Source: Candidatus Aenigmatarchaeota archaeon
GTDB lineage: Archaea > Aenigmatarchaeota > Aenigmatarchaeia > CG10238-14 > SCSR01
Assembly: GCA_014238095.1 (NCBI GenBank)
Contig: JABABT010000017.1
Coordinates: forward strand, 1-61,482
Direction: 5' to 3'
DNA length: 61,482 nt
A model generated the notes under the pieces. The model did not search any database and was not told the origin of the DNA. It saw nothing but the letters and a program-made list of their open reading frames with translations. Positions within the stretch are counted from its first letter, which is position 1. Every line of letters begins with the position of its first letter. Shown here one piece after another: positions 1 to 10,301 of the stretch. The position numbers and the translations under genes were made by a program.

Positions 1-147
1 ACTTAAATTTATCCATGGAAGTGTTATTTTTTTCTTTGAATTTATATTTTTTCCAATATATAATAAAAATATAGAAATAAAAATAAATAATATAAAAACA
101 AACAAATTAACAATAGAAAATAACGTTTCTGATTGTTGTTCTAACAT
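1..147 (-). CDS. hypothetical membrane protein, N-terminal part only (runs off left edge)
   Basis: Not in ORF track. Reverse-strand ATG at 147-145 opens MLEQQSETLFSIVNLFVFILFIFISIFLLYIGKNINSKKKITLPWINLS..., with one hydrophobic helix. The frame is open to position 1. Confidence 0.3.
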   Translation of the reverse strand, partial: MLEQQSETLFSIVNLFVFILFIFISIFLLYIGKNINSKKKITLPWINLS

Positions 148-182
148 AATATTTTTTTAAATATTTAAACAATTAAAGATTA

Positions 183-887
183 CTATTCATTATCAATTGA
201 TAAACCTTCATTATTCATTTTTATAGAGAAAATATTTGTACTATGATTAGTTCTTCTCATTTTCCTTATCATCAAATTTCTTGGAGAACCACTTAATCCA
301 TATTCTAAATAATGAAGTACAATAACACCATCTACAATAAATTCTTCAAAACCAAACATACTAACTTTATTTTTCTCATTTTCAGGTATTTCTGAAATTA
401 AAAGACTAGTAACTCCAAATCCTTCAATAGATTTTATATAACTATAAATTTCACTCCTTATTTTACCAATATCCATAGAAGACATTTTCCAACCAAATCC
501 AGCTATTGTTAAACTATCTAATACAAGTCTTGATGCTTTTATTTTTGTAATTTCATTAAATGTTATATCTTCTAATTCTTTCAAATTAGATGGATTAACA
601 TAAATAATTATTAATTTACCGGAATTATAATATTTTTTAAATTCTTCTCCCCAATTAAATTGTTCCATATCTTTTAATATTTCTTCAGTTTTTTGTTCAA
701 GAGATAAATATACACAAGTTTCTTCATTTCTTAAACCTTCTAATAAAAATTGTGAAGAAAATATAGATTTTCCAGTTCCTGTTTGACCAGCAATTAAACA
801 TGTAGATCCTTTGAAAAATCCTCCTTCAATTAAAACATCAAGATTTGGTATACCAGAAGAAATTCTATTTGATATTTTATTTGACAT
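183..887 (-). CDS. KaiC/RecA-superfamily single-domain ATPase (COG0467-like)
   Basis: 234 aa. Start 'SSGIPNLDVLIEGGFFKGSTCLIAGQTGTGKS' is the KaiC/RadB-type N-terminus plus Walker A. 'LVLDSL' is a Walker B-like strand. Confidence 0.75.
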   Translation of the reverse strand: MSNKISNRISSGIPNLDVLIEGGFFKGSTCLIAGQTGTGKSIFSSQFLLEGLRNEETCVYLSLEQKTEEILKDMEQFNWGEEFKKYYNSGKLIIIYVNPSNLKELEDITFNEITKIKASRLVLDSLTIAGFGWKMSSMDIGKIRSEIYSYIKSIEGFGVTSLLISEIPENEKNKVSMFGFEEFIVDGVIVLHYLEYGLSGSPRNLMIRKMRRTNHSTNIFSIKMNNEGLSIDNE

Positions 888-929
888 TAATATAATTTAA
901 TTATATTACTTAAAACATTATCTAAAATA

Positions 930-1418
930 TTAACAATTTAAATTATATAATACTGATTCACATAAAACATTCTCTACATTTTTTTCTGTAATATTATTAA
1001 TAATTACGATTTGATTTGGATATGTTGTAGCATTTAAAAATTTACTAGATATCTGAAATTTAGAATATTTACTAGATCCAGATTTTATTTGTTCTAATAT
1101 TATTTGATTAATTTGAATATTTGTTTGTTTTTGAAATTTTTCAGAAAAAATAATATTTTTTAAAATTCTTTTTTCATCTTCACATATAATACATTTTTCT
1201 CCATATTCATAAGTCATAATAGTTATTCCATTATTTATCAATTCTTGATATTCTAATGTTGAAAGAGTATAATTAATTATAGGATTTATATTTATTGAGT
1301 GTGATACTGTATTTGGAGTTGAAACAAAAAAAGACTGTCCTACAGCAAAACCTATTGTTGAGAAAAACATTAAACCTATTAAAATTACTCCAACTTGTTT
1401 TTTTAATGCGCTTCTCAT
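930..1418 (-). CDS. hypothetical membrane-anchored protein with CxxC
   Basis: 162 aa with an N-terminal TM/signal anchor 'VGVILIGLMFFSTIGFAVG' and a 'CIIC' motif. No family recognised. Confidence 0.5.
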   Translation of the reverse strand: MRSALKKQVGVILIGLMFFSTIGFAVGQSFFVSTPNTVSHSININPIINYTLSTLEYQELINNGITIMTYEYGEKCIICEDEKRILKNIIFSEKFQKQTNIQINQIILEQIKSGSSKYSKFQISSKFLNATTYPNQIVIINNITEKNVENVLCESVLYNLNC

Positions 1419-1521
1419 AATAATGATTATATTTTGTTATATATATTTTAATATTTATATATTAATTTAAAAAATAATATATTTTTTAACATATTAAAAT
1501 AAATGAAAAATTATATATAAT

Positions 1522-4335
1522 TTATTCTAAAAATATAACTGGTTTATTTATATCAGCATTTTTTGCTTTTAATATTTTTGAATTTTCTGATTCTTCAATT
1601 TGAAGTTTAATTGATAATTTATTTTCAATAAATTCCTTAGAATCATTAATAATTTTAATTTGATTTTTTCTTTTCAAAAAATATTCTAATAAATTATTAT
1701 TTTTTTGTAAATATTGAATATATTTTACAACATCATTATTTTTTATATTAGATTTCTTTAATATTGTTTTGAAATTTTTATTTTTATTTTCTAAAAATAT
1801 TTTGAATACATAAAATTTCCATTTTGGAGCTATAATTATAAAAGCTTTTTTTGGTTTTATTCCAGAAATTTTTTCTATTTGATTAATATCATTTATTATT
1901 TTTGTAATAAATTTTTCTCCAAATTCTACTTCCTTGTTTATTTTATCTTCATCTGGTTTAGGCCATTTTTCTAAAGAAATAAAACCTTTTTGTTTTAATT
2001 TTTGCCATAATTCTTCTGATAAATGAGGCATTATTGGAGTATTAATTTTTATAATATTATGAAGAACTTCTTTTAAAATTTTTCCATTACATTTTTTAAT
2101 TCCTCCACATCTCTCAATATATAATTTTAAATCATTTATTGATTGGAAAAATCCATATTTAATTGCAGATCTAAATTTTGTATTTTCAAATGCTCTTGTT
2201 GTATTATCAATAATAATTTGATTTCTACTCAATAGAAACTTATCAAAATCATTTATTTCTTTTCTTTTTGCTAATTTAATATTTGAAATTGTTTTCATTA
2301 AAAAAATCATTCTAGAATTAAATGAATCAATAACATCATATTTCCAATTTGCATCATCCATATTTTCATTTGAACTTACTAAATTTAATCTTAATATATC
2401 AGCTCCATATTTATCAAATATTTCATTTAGTTTTATTACATTACAAAGTCTTTTAGACATTTTTAATCCATTTAAATTAACATAACCGTTAACTGCAATA
2501 GATTTAGGCCATTTATTTTTTTCCCATATTGCAACATGATGAAAAAGATAAAATGTTAGATGATTTTGTATAAGATCTTTACCTGAAAATCTTATATCAA
2601 CTGGATAAAAATATTCAAATTCTTCTCTCATTTTATTAAGAATTTTTTCTTTTATTTTAAGATTTTTTCCTATTCCTTTATGTAAAAATACATAATCAAA
2701 AATTTTATCATCTAAATCATTTTCAGATATTTTATTTTCCTTAATTATATGAGAAATTGTATAATAAGCCATATATATTACAGAGTCACTTAAAGTTTCA
2801 ACAATCCAATTTTGATCCCAGGGCAATTTTGCACCCATTCCAGATTTTCTAACACATGCTTTATCCTTTAACCAGTCTACTGTATTAATAAATTGAGTTC
2901 TTACAGAATCTGGATAAAATTCCATTAATGAAATTGCTTCTTTTACTCTTTTTTTCCATATTGGTGATGAAAATTTTAAAAACCATTGATTTTCTAATAT
3001 TTTTACATAACATCTTGTATTACATCTACAAACTACATCATTCATAATTTCATAAAATAATGTTGCGAATCCATCTTCTAAAAAATCTTTTTGTATTTTT
3101 TCTTTTACTTCAGAAACTTTCATTTTGGAAAATTTTCTACAATTAATTAATATACCTGTATGAAATTCTTTCTTATAAATTAAGTTTGTAATTTCATCTA
3201 ATTTTGCTTTTTCTGATTGATTTGATATTTTCATTTTTTTTACATAATCAATAGCTGGAATTTTTCCTAATTCTGATTTAATTACTGAAATTGGAATTAT
3301 ATTATTTAATATTGATTTTAAATTAAATTTAGAAAATTCTTTTCCATTTTTTAAATTAGATAACCCAACATAGTCAAAAGGTGCATGAGCTGGTACTGAC
3401 ATAACAACTCCTGTTGCTTTTTTTATATCTACAAAATTTGATGGTAATATAGGTATTTTTTTTGATGTTACTGGATTTCTAACATTTTTTCCTATATAAT
3501 TTTCAATATTAACATTACAAATTATTTCAACTTTATGAAGTTGTTCACTAATTTTTTCTACAGCATCTTTTGAAATTATCCATTTTTGATCTTCTATTTT
3601 TGCTTTAACATATTCAGAATTTGGATTTATCCAAATATTTGTTACACCATAAACAGTTTCTGGTCTTAATGTTGCACATGGCATTACTTCACCATTATCT
3701 AGTTCAAATTTTATAACAATAAATTCTGTTGGACTTTCACCCTCACCAATTAATCTATCATGATCTCCTGTTGGAGATTGATCATTAGGACACCAAATTA
3801 CTGGATGTGTACCCTGTACAACATAACCAGAATTTTTCAACATTCTATATTGCCATTGTATAAATTTATTATAATTAGAGTCTATTGCTGTTATAAATGT
3901 ACGTCTCCAATCAACAGAATAACCTATTTTTTTAACAATATCAATCCATTTATTTTTCCAATATTCTGCTACAAATTCAGGTCCTTTTATTTCAAATTCT
4001 TTTATATCAACATCATTCATACCTAATAATTTTAAAATTTCTTTTTGTTCTAAATCTCCTTTTTTTAACCTATCAACTACTCCAACTATTGGTTCTCCAG
4101 TAGCATGAAATCCTTGTGGAAATAAAACATTATAACCTTTCATTCTAACAAATCTAGCATATACATCTCCTCTAAGAAAACTATAAGCATGTCCTAAATG
4201 GGGTGGTCCGTTTACATATGGATAAGGAACTGTAATAAAAAATTTTTCTTTCTTTTTATCTATATTTACTTCAAATATTTTCTCTTTTTCCCATTTCTTT
4301 TGCCATTTTTCTTCAATTTTTTTAAAATCTATCAC
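1522..4335 (-). CDS. leuS: leucyl-tRNA synthetase (archaeal type)
   Basis: 937 aa. HIGH-region 'NGPPHLGHAYSF', KMSKS variant 'KMSKRL', and N-terminus 'IEEKWQKKWEKEKIFE'. Confidence 0.95.
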   Translation of the reverse strand: MIDFKKIEEKWQKKWEKEKIFEVNIDKKKEKFFITVPYPYVNGPPHLGHAYSFLRGDVYARFVRMKGYNVLFPQGFHATGEPIVGVVDRLKKGDLEQKEILKLLGMNDVDIKEFEIKGPEFVAEYWKNKWIDIVKKIGYSVDWRRTFITAIDSNYNKFIQWQYRMLKNSGYVVQGTHPVIWCPNDQSPTGDHDRLIGEGESPTEFIVIKFELDNGEVMPCATLRPETVYGVTNIWINPNSEYVKAKIEDQKWIISKDAVEKISEQLHKVEIICNVNIENYIGKNVRNPVTSKKIPILPSNFVDIKKATGVVMSVPAHAPFDYVGLSNLKNGKEFSKFNLKSILNNIIPISVIKSELGKIPAIDYVKKMKISNQSEKAKLDEITNLIYKKEFHTGILINCRKFSKMKVSEVKEKIQKDFLEDGFATLFYEIMNDVVCRCNTRCYVKILENQWFLKFSSPIWKKRVKEAISLMEFYPDSVRTQFINTVDWLKDKACVRKSGMGAKLPWDQNWIVETLSDSVIYMAYYTISHIIKENKISENDLDDKIFDYVFLHKGIGKNLKIKEKILNKMREEFEYFYPVDIRFSGKDLIQNHLTFYLFHHVAIWEKNKWPKSIAVNGYVNLNGLKMSKRLCNVIKLNEIFDKYGADILRLNLVSSNENMDDANWKYDVIDSFNSRMIFLMKTISNIKLAKRKEINDFDKFLLSRNQIIIDNTTRAFENTKFRSAIKYGFFQSINDLKLYIERCGGIKKCNGKILKEVLHNIIKINTPIMPHLSEELWQKLKQKGFISLEKWPKPDEDKINKEVEFGEKFITKIINDINQIEKISGIKPKKAFIIIAPKWKFYVFKIFLENKNKNFKTILKKSNIKNNDVVKYIQYLQKNNNLLEYFLKRKNQIKIINDSKEFIENKLSIKLQIEESENSKILKAKNADINKPVIFLE

Positions 4336-4429
4336 AAATAATATTTATTTTCTAATTATAAGAATTTCGTTTATTATTGAATTATTATGTTTTGATAAAT
4401 AATATTTAATCTTAAAACAAAATAAATAT

Positions 4430-5638
4430 ATGAAATTTAAACCACCAAAAGGTACAAGAGATTTATTAGAAAAAGATGCAGAAAAAATGAAAAGAATTCA
4501 AGAAATAGTGTCAAAAATATTTGAAATATATGGTTTTGGTCCAATGTTTACACCATCTATTGAGAATTATAATTTATTATCTTCAAAAAATGTTGGTGAT
4601 TCTATTAAAGATGATATTTACTATTTTAAAGATAAAAGTAATAGAGAAATTGGTTTACATTTTGATTTAACCATACCTTTAGCAAGAATAATAGCATCAA
4701 ACCCTTCAATACCAAAACCTTTTAAAAGATATTCTATTGATAAAGTTTGGAGATATGATAATCCACAATCAATGAGATGGAGAGAATTTTGGCAAGCTGA
4801 TATAGATATAATTGGTTCTAATTCTATTTTGTCTGAAGCCGAATTAATTTCTGTTATTTGTAAATGTTTGGACGAACTTGGAATCAATGATTATTATATT
4901 AGATTAAATAATAGAAAATATCTTGATAAAATAATTGGAAAATGTGTAGATTATAATAAAATTAAAAATGTTTACAGAATTATAGATAAACTTGATAAAA
5001 TTGGTAAAGATAAAGTTATTTCTGAATTAAGTAAAATAAAATGTGATAAAAAAGAAATTATTGAATTATTAGATGGAATTAAAATTGAAGATGGAGATAT
5101 TTCATTATTAATTAATTATTTAGAATATTTTGGATACTCTGATAAAATTAAAATAGATACTTCACTTGTTCGTGGACTTGATTATTATACAGGTTTAATA
5201 TTTGAAGTTTCTATTGATGGTAAAATTTCTTGTGGTGGTGGTGGAAGATATGATAATTTAATTTCTGATATTGGTGGAGATAATGTATCTGGTGTTGGTA
5301 TATCTTTAGGACTGGATAGAATTTTAGAAATTTTAAATAAAAATGGGATTCAATTAAACTCAAAAGATAAATTTTTAATTGTTAATGTTGATGAAAATTC
5401 TAAAAAAGAAAGTATAAAAATAGTTCAAAAACTTCGTAATTCTGGTCTACATTGTCAATTTAATTTAAATAATAAATCTTTAAGTAATCAATTAGAATAT
5501 GCTAATTCTCAAAATATAAGATATGTATTAATTATTGGAGATAAAGAAATAAAAATGAAGAGATTTCAATTACGTGATATGAAATTAAATGAACAAAAAG
5601 ATTTTAATATAGATTCCATAATCAGTAAATTTAGTTAA
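4430..5638 (+). CDS. hisS: histidyl-tRNA synthetase
   Basis: 402 aa. 'KPPKGTRDLL' start, 'WRYDNPQSMRWREFWQADIDIIG', 'GGGGRYDNL', 'GVGISLGLDRI', and a C-terminal anticodon-binding domain. Confidence 0.93.
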   Translation: MKFKPPKGTRDLLEKDAEKMKRIQEIVSKIFEIYGFGPMFTPSIENYNLLSSKNVGDSIKDDIYYFKDKSNREIGLHFDLTIPLARIIASNPSIPKPFKRYSIDKVWRYDNPQSMRWREFWQADIDIIGSNSILSEAELISVICKCLDELGINDYYIRLNNRKYLDKIIGKCVDYNKIKNVYRIIDKLDKIGKDKVISELSKIKCDKKEIIELLDGIKIEDGDISLLINYLEYFGYSDKIKIDTSLVRGLDYYTGLIFEVSIDGKISCGGGGRYDNLISDIGGDNVSGVGISLGLDRILEILNKNGIQLNSKDKFLIVNVDENSKKESIKIVQKLRNSGLHCQFNLNNKSLSNQLEYANSQNIRYVLIIGDKEIKMKRFQLRDMKLNEQKDFNIDSIISKFS

Positions 5639-5754
5639 AACATTTCTTCTGGTATATCTATATCTTCTCCAATTATATTTCCACATTCTATACATTGAAA
5701 AATATCTTTTTTTGATTGTATTTCTCCTAAACATTTTTCACATTTTAAATCCAT
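5635..5754 (-). CDS. small zinc-ribbon protein (39 aa), below ORF-track cutoff
   Basis: My translation is MDLKCEKCLGEIQSKKDIFQCIECGNIIGEDIDIPEEMF, with two CxxC pairs. Its stop overlaps the hisS stop. Confidence 0.4.
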   Translation of the reverse strand: MDLKCEKCLGEIQSKKDIFQCIECGNIIGEDIDIPEEMF

Positions 5755-5900
5755 ATTTTTTTTTATAATATTATACTTAAATATTTTTTGTATTTTTATA
5801 ATATATATAATAATTCATATTAATTTTAAATAAATATTAAATTTAAGGAGAAAAATAACTTATTAAACTAAAATACTATATTTTATTCTGAGAAGATAAT

Positions 5901-7715
5901 ATGATAAATAAAAAAATAGTTTGTGATACATCAATAATTATTGATGGTAAAATAACACAATTAATTGAAAAAAAGAAATTGGAAAATACAGATATAATTA
6001 TCCCAATGGCAGTTTTAGATGAATTACAATCACAAGCATCTAAAGGAAGAGAACCTGGATTTGTTGGTTTAGAAGAATTAAAAAAAATTAGAGAGCTTTC
6101 TAAAAGAAGAAAAATAAAGATAAAATTTATTGGGAAAAGACCAACAATGGATGATATTAAGTTAGCAAGATCTGGAAGAATGGATGCATTAATTAGAGAT
6201 ACAGCAAAAAATTCAAATTCTATACTTTACACAGCCGATTATGTTCAAGCTTTAGTAGGAGATGTTGAAGGAATTGAAGTTAATTATATACCAAATCCAG
6301 CAAAAACTGAAAATTTAGATTTTGAAAAATTTTTTGATGAAGAAACATTATCAATTCATTTAAAAGTAAATGTACAACCATTAGCAAAAAAAGGTAAACC
6401 TGGAAAATTTAAATTAGAAAAATTATCAAAAAATATAATAACAGAAGAGCAAATAGAAAATATAATTAGAGAAATAACTGAAGCTGTTAGAAGAAATAAA
6501 GAAGGTAATTTAGAAATTGTAAGGAATGGAGTTATGATAATTCAATTAGGTAAATATAGAATAGCAATAGCAAGACCTCCATTCGCAGATAATTTAGAAG
6601 TAACAGTTGTAAGACCCACTGTTAAATTAAAATTAAGTGATTATAAACTATCTAAAAAATTAATGGAAAGATTAGGTAAAAGTGCAGAAGGAATTTTAAT
6701 TGCTGGTGCACCTGGTTCTGGAAAATCTACTTTAGCAAGTTCATTAGCTGAATTTTATATGAAATCAGGTAAAATAGTTAAAACATTAGAATCTCCTAAA
6801 GATTTACAAGTACCTCCTGAAGTAACACAATATGGAACTATAGATGGTGATTTTTCAAAAACAGCAGATATTTTATTATTAGTAAGGCCAGATTATTCAA
6901 TTTATGATGAAATAAGAAAAACGAAAGATTTTGAAATATTTAGTGATTTAAGATTAGCTGGAATTGGTATGATTGGTGTTGTACATTCAAGTAAAGCAAT
7001 AGACTCTATACAAAGATTTTTAAGAAGAGTTGAATTAGGATTAATACCTCATATAGTCGACACGGTTATTTTTGTAAAAGATGGAAAAATAGATACAGTA
7101 CTTAAATTATCATTAACAGTAAAAGTTCCACATAAAATGATAGAATCAGATTTAGCAAGACCATTAATTGAAGTTAAAGATTTTGAAACTGAAAAAATAT
7201 TATATGAAATTTATACATATGGTGAAGAAAATATAATTTTACCAATTGAATATGAAGAAAATGAATTAAAAGGTATACAAAAACTTGCAATTAAGAAAAT
7301 ATTAGAAGAAATAAAATATTATGATTCGGAAGCAGAAGTAGAAATAATATCAGATAACAAAATAAAAATAAAAGTTGATAATGAAAAAATAGGTAAAATT
7401 ATTGGAAAAGAAGGAATTATAATTAATTCAATTGAAAAAAAACTTGGATTAAAAATAAATATTGAAGCTAAAATATCTTCTATTGGAAAAAATATTCAAT
7501 ATGAAATGAAAGAAATAGGTAATAGTATAGAGTTTATTTTTAATAAAAAATTTATAGGAGGTAAAATTGGAATTTATATTAATGATATTTTCTTACTATC
7601 TGGAATAATTGGTAAGAAAAATAATATTAAAATAATTAAAAATTCTGAACTTGGTGTAAAATTATTAAATGCTTTAATTACTAAGAAAAAAATTAATATA
7701 ATAATTACAAATTAA
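5901..7715 (+). CDS. PIN-domain / PilT-family ATPase / KH-domain protein (archaeal COG1855 type)
   Basis: 604 aa. N-terminal PIN 'IVCDTSIIIDG...MAVLDELQ', Walker A 'GAPGSGKST', and C-terminal KH 'IGKIIGKEGIIINSIEKKLG'. Confidence 0.85.
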   Translation: MINKKIVCDTSIIIDGKITQLIEKKKLENTDIIIPMAVLDELQSQASKGREPGFVGLEELKKIRELSKRRKIKIKFIGKRPTMDDIKLARSGRMDALIRDTAKNSNSILYTADYVQALVGDVEGIEVNYIPNPAKTENLDFEKFFDEETLSIHLKVNVQPLAKKGKPGKFKLEKLSKNIITEEQIENIIREITEAVRRNKEGNLEIVRNGVMIIQLGKYRIAIARPPFADNLEVTVVRPTVKLKLSDYKLSKKLMERLGKSAEGILIAGAPGSGKSTLASSLAEFYMKSGKIVKTLESPKDLQVPPEVTQYGTIDGDFSKTADILLLVRPDYSIYDEIRKTKDFEIFSDLRLAGIGMIGVVHSSKAIDSIQRFLRRVELGLIPHIVDTVIFVKDGKIDTVLKLSLTVKVPHKMIESDLARPLIEVKDFETEKILYEIYTYGEENIILPIEYEENELKGIQKLAIKKILEEIKYYDSEAEVEIISDNKIKIKVDNEKIGKIIGKEGIIINSIEKKLGLKINIEAKISSIGKNIQYEMKEIGNSIEFIFNKKFIGGKIGIYINDIFLLSGIIGKKNNIKIIKNSELGVKLLNALITKKKINIIITN

Positions 7716-7722
7716 TTATTAA

Positions 7723-8793
7723 TTAAATAAAAATATTTATCAAATCCATATCAATTTTATTTAGAAATCTTGAAAATATTTTTCCTATTTTAAATAATTT
7801 ATTTATTAAAAAATTTCTAGATGATAAAATTTTACTTAAAAATAATCCACGTTTTATTGCATTACCAATTTTTTTCTTCCAAACTTTATCATAATTATCA
7901 AAAAAGAACTTATAATCAAATTTTTCCTCTTTCAATGATTTAATAGCAGCATTTGCACAAATTTTAGCTGATATTAAACTAAAAATTATTCCACCACCTG
8001 AATATGGTTTTACTTGACATGCTGCATCTCCAACTACCATAACTCTTTCAGAACTAGTTTTTTCCATAATACCAAATCTAATTATTCCACCAACATTTGG
8101 TTTTTCAAATTTTCCAATCCTTTTCTTTAAAAAATCTTCATAATAATTTCCAGATTTTCTATACGTAGCTAAACCTATTCTTGCAATATTTTTATTTTCT
8201 GGAACAACCCAAGCAAAAAAATTTGGAGAAATTTTAGAACCAAACCATAATTCAATATTATCAAATTTACCTAATGTTGTTGTTTGAACACCTATTAAAT
8301 ATTTTTCTGGATATTTTAAACCAGCTGATTTTCCAACTGAAGAAGAAGCTCCATCTGCTCCTATTAATATTTTTGTTTTGTAAACATTTTTATTAGTAAA
8401 AACTTTAACATATTCTTCCATTAATTTATAAGAAATAAATTTTTCTCCATTTTTTATTTTTATACCTGATTCTTTTGCCATATTGTAAATATATTTATCT
8501 AAACCTGGTCTATCAATAACATAAACCGGATTTTTTGATTTTAAAATAAAATTAGTACCATCTGGAGAATTAAAACTTGCTTTATTTATAGTATTAATTA
8601 TTATTTTTTTTGGTAAAAATGGTAAATATTTTTTAATTCTCCAACTAACTAAACCTGTACATTTACAAGGATATCCTATATTTTTATTATCTTCAATAAG
8701 TAATATATTTTTAGTATAATTTGAAATTAATTGCGCTGTTCTACTACCAGATAAAGCACCACCCACAATTAATACATCAAATATATCATTCAT
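7723..8793 (-). CDS. geranylgeranyl reductase family FAD-dependent oxidoreductase
   Basis: 356 aa. FAD fold 'DVLIVGGALSGSRTA', 'CKCTGLVS', 'VIDRPGLDKY', 'ILIGADGASSSVGK'. The start overlaps the uppS stop by 4 nt. Confidence 0.8.
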   Translation of the reverse strand: MNDIFDVLIVGGALSGSRTAQLISNYTKNILLIEDNKNIGYPCKCTGLVSWRIKKYLPFLPKKIIINTINKASFNSPDGTNFILKSKNPVYVIDRPGLDKYIYNMAKESGIKIKNGEKFISYKLMEEYVKVFTNKNVYKTKILIGADGASSSVGKSAGLKYPEKYLIGVQTTTLGKFDNIELWFGSKISPNFFAWVVPENKNIARIGLATYRKSGNYYEDFLKKRIGKFEKPNVGGIIRFGIMEKTSSERVMVVGDAACQVKPYSGGGIIFSLISAKICANAAIKSLKEEKFDYKFFFDNYDKVWKKKIGNAIKRGLFLSKILSSRNFLINKLFKIGKIFSRFLNKIDMDLINIFI

Positions 8794-9464
8794 ATACCAA
8801 AATTCCTTTTAATTTTACTAAAAAAAACAATTGCTTTTTTAAATTCTCTTTTATTAAATTCTGGAAATAATTTCTTTGATATGAATATTTCTGAATAAGA
8901 TGCATTCCATAACATAAAATTTGACAATCTTGAATATCCACCAGTTCTTATTATTAAATCTAATGGTTTATCTATTAACATATTTTTATCAATATTTTTC
9001 TTAATTAATTTCTTTTTTAATTTTATTAATTTATTAACAACATTAATTATTTCTTCTTTACTATCATAATCTAATAATAAATTTACTTTCATTCCATTAT
9101 TATTATTTGTTTTATTTTCAATTTTTTTCATTTGATTAAGTAAAGATTTTGAAAGTGATTTTCTATTACCAAAAAAATTTACTTTTATATTTTTATTTTC
9201 AAAATATTTTTCCTTTAATTCTTCTTTTAATATTCTTTCAAGTTGATTCAACATAAATATAATATCTGTTCTTTTTTTAAAATTTTCAGTTGAAATTAAA
9301 TATATTGAAACCATTCCTATATTATAATCTATACAAAAATTAATAAAATTTCTTACTTTTTTCCATCCATAATTTATTGTATATAATTTACTATATTTAT
9401 TTTTTTTTGTAAATCTTCTATTTCCGTCTGGAATTAATCCAATATGATATGGTATTTTACTCAT
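8790..9464 (-). CDS. uppS: cis-prenyltransferase (undecaprenyl/dolichyl diphosphate synthase family)
   Basis: 224 aa with the signatures 'HIGLIPDGNRRF' and 'IRTGGYSRLSNFMLWNASYSEIF'. Confidence 0.9.
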   Translation of the reverse strand: MSKIPYHIGLIPDGNRRFTKKNKYSKLYTINYGWKKVRNFINFCIDYNIGMVSIYLISTENFKKRTDIIFMLNQLERILKEELKEKYFENKNIKVNFFGNRKSLSKSLLNQMKKIENKTNNNNGMKVNLLLDYDSKEEIINVVNKLIKLKKKLIKKNIDKNMLIDKPLDLIIRTGGYSRLSNFMLWNASYSEIFISKKLFPEFNKREFKKAIVFFSKIKRNFGI

Positions 9465-9465
9465 T

Positions 9466-10224
9466 TTATTTAACCTTTATTAATTTTGCTTTAGTTAAAG
9501 GAATTAATTTACGATTAGAAATATAAAAACTGTTTTCTATTCTACAACCACCAATATTTTTTACATAAACTCCAGGTTCTATTGTAAATGCCATATTAGA
9601 AACAAAATATATTTTTTTTATTTTTTCCCATTTTTTTAAATTTTTTCCAGTTAAATTATTTCGAGGCATTCCTATTATTGGTCTTTCATGAATTCTTAAT
9701 CCTATACCATGTCCTAAACTATGTCCCATATATAATTTTTTAGATAATATTATATCATCAGTAAATTTATGTAAAATATAACATGGTAATCCATATTTCC
9801 ATTTCTTAATAATTTTATAATAAAGAGAATTAACAAAATCAACAATTTTCTTGGTTTTATTATTAACTTTTCCTTTTATGAAAGGTATAGTTAAATCTAC
9901 TTTATACCCTTTATAACTAGCTCCAAAATCAACATATCCTATACCATTAATTTTTTCAGAAGTAACTGTTGGTTTAGGATGTATCATAGAAGATCTAATA
10001 CCAGAAGCCACTAATGTTCTAAATGATAATTTTCCACCTTTTTTATATATATTTTCTTTAATTCTTTTTGAAATTTCTTTTTCTGTAATTCCTTCCTCTT
10101 TCAAAGATTTATGAATAATAGGTATACATGAATTAGATATTGATGCTGCTTTTTTCAACATTTTAATCTCATAAGATTTCTTAATAATTCCCATATATGA
10201 TCTCTCTTTTATTATAATTATCAA
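9466..10224 (-). CDS. M24 family metallopeptidase (Xaa-Pro peptidase-like catalytic domain)
   Basis: Metal-ligand pattern 'VDFGA', 'VDLT', 'GHSLGHGIGLRIHERP', 'IEPGVY', 'RIENS'. The track start at 10224 is TTG; the ATG at 10194 (MGIIKK...) is an alternative. Confidence 0.8.
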   Translation of the reverse strand: MIIIIKERSYMGIIKKSYEIKMLKKAASISNSCIPIIHKSLKEEGITEKEISKRIKENIYKKGGKLSFRTLVASGIRSSMIHPKPTVTSEKINGIGYVDFGASYKGYKVDLTIPFIKGKVNNKTKKIVDFVNSLYYKIIKKWKYGLPCYILHKFTDDIILSKKLYMGHSLGHGIGLRIHERPIIGMPRNNLTGKNLKKWEKIKKIYFVSNMAFTIEPGVYVKNIGGCRIENSFYISNRKLIPLTKAKLIKVK

Positions 10225-10301
10225 ATATTATATTTAAAATATTCTAATTTACAAAATAATTAATAAATTGTTTTAAATAATACTCATTACTAATTAAATA
10301 T

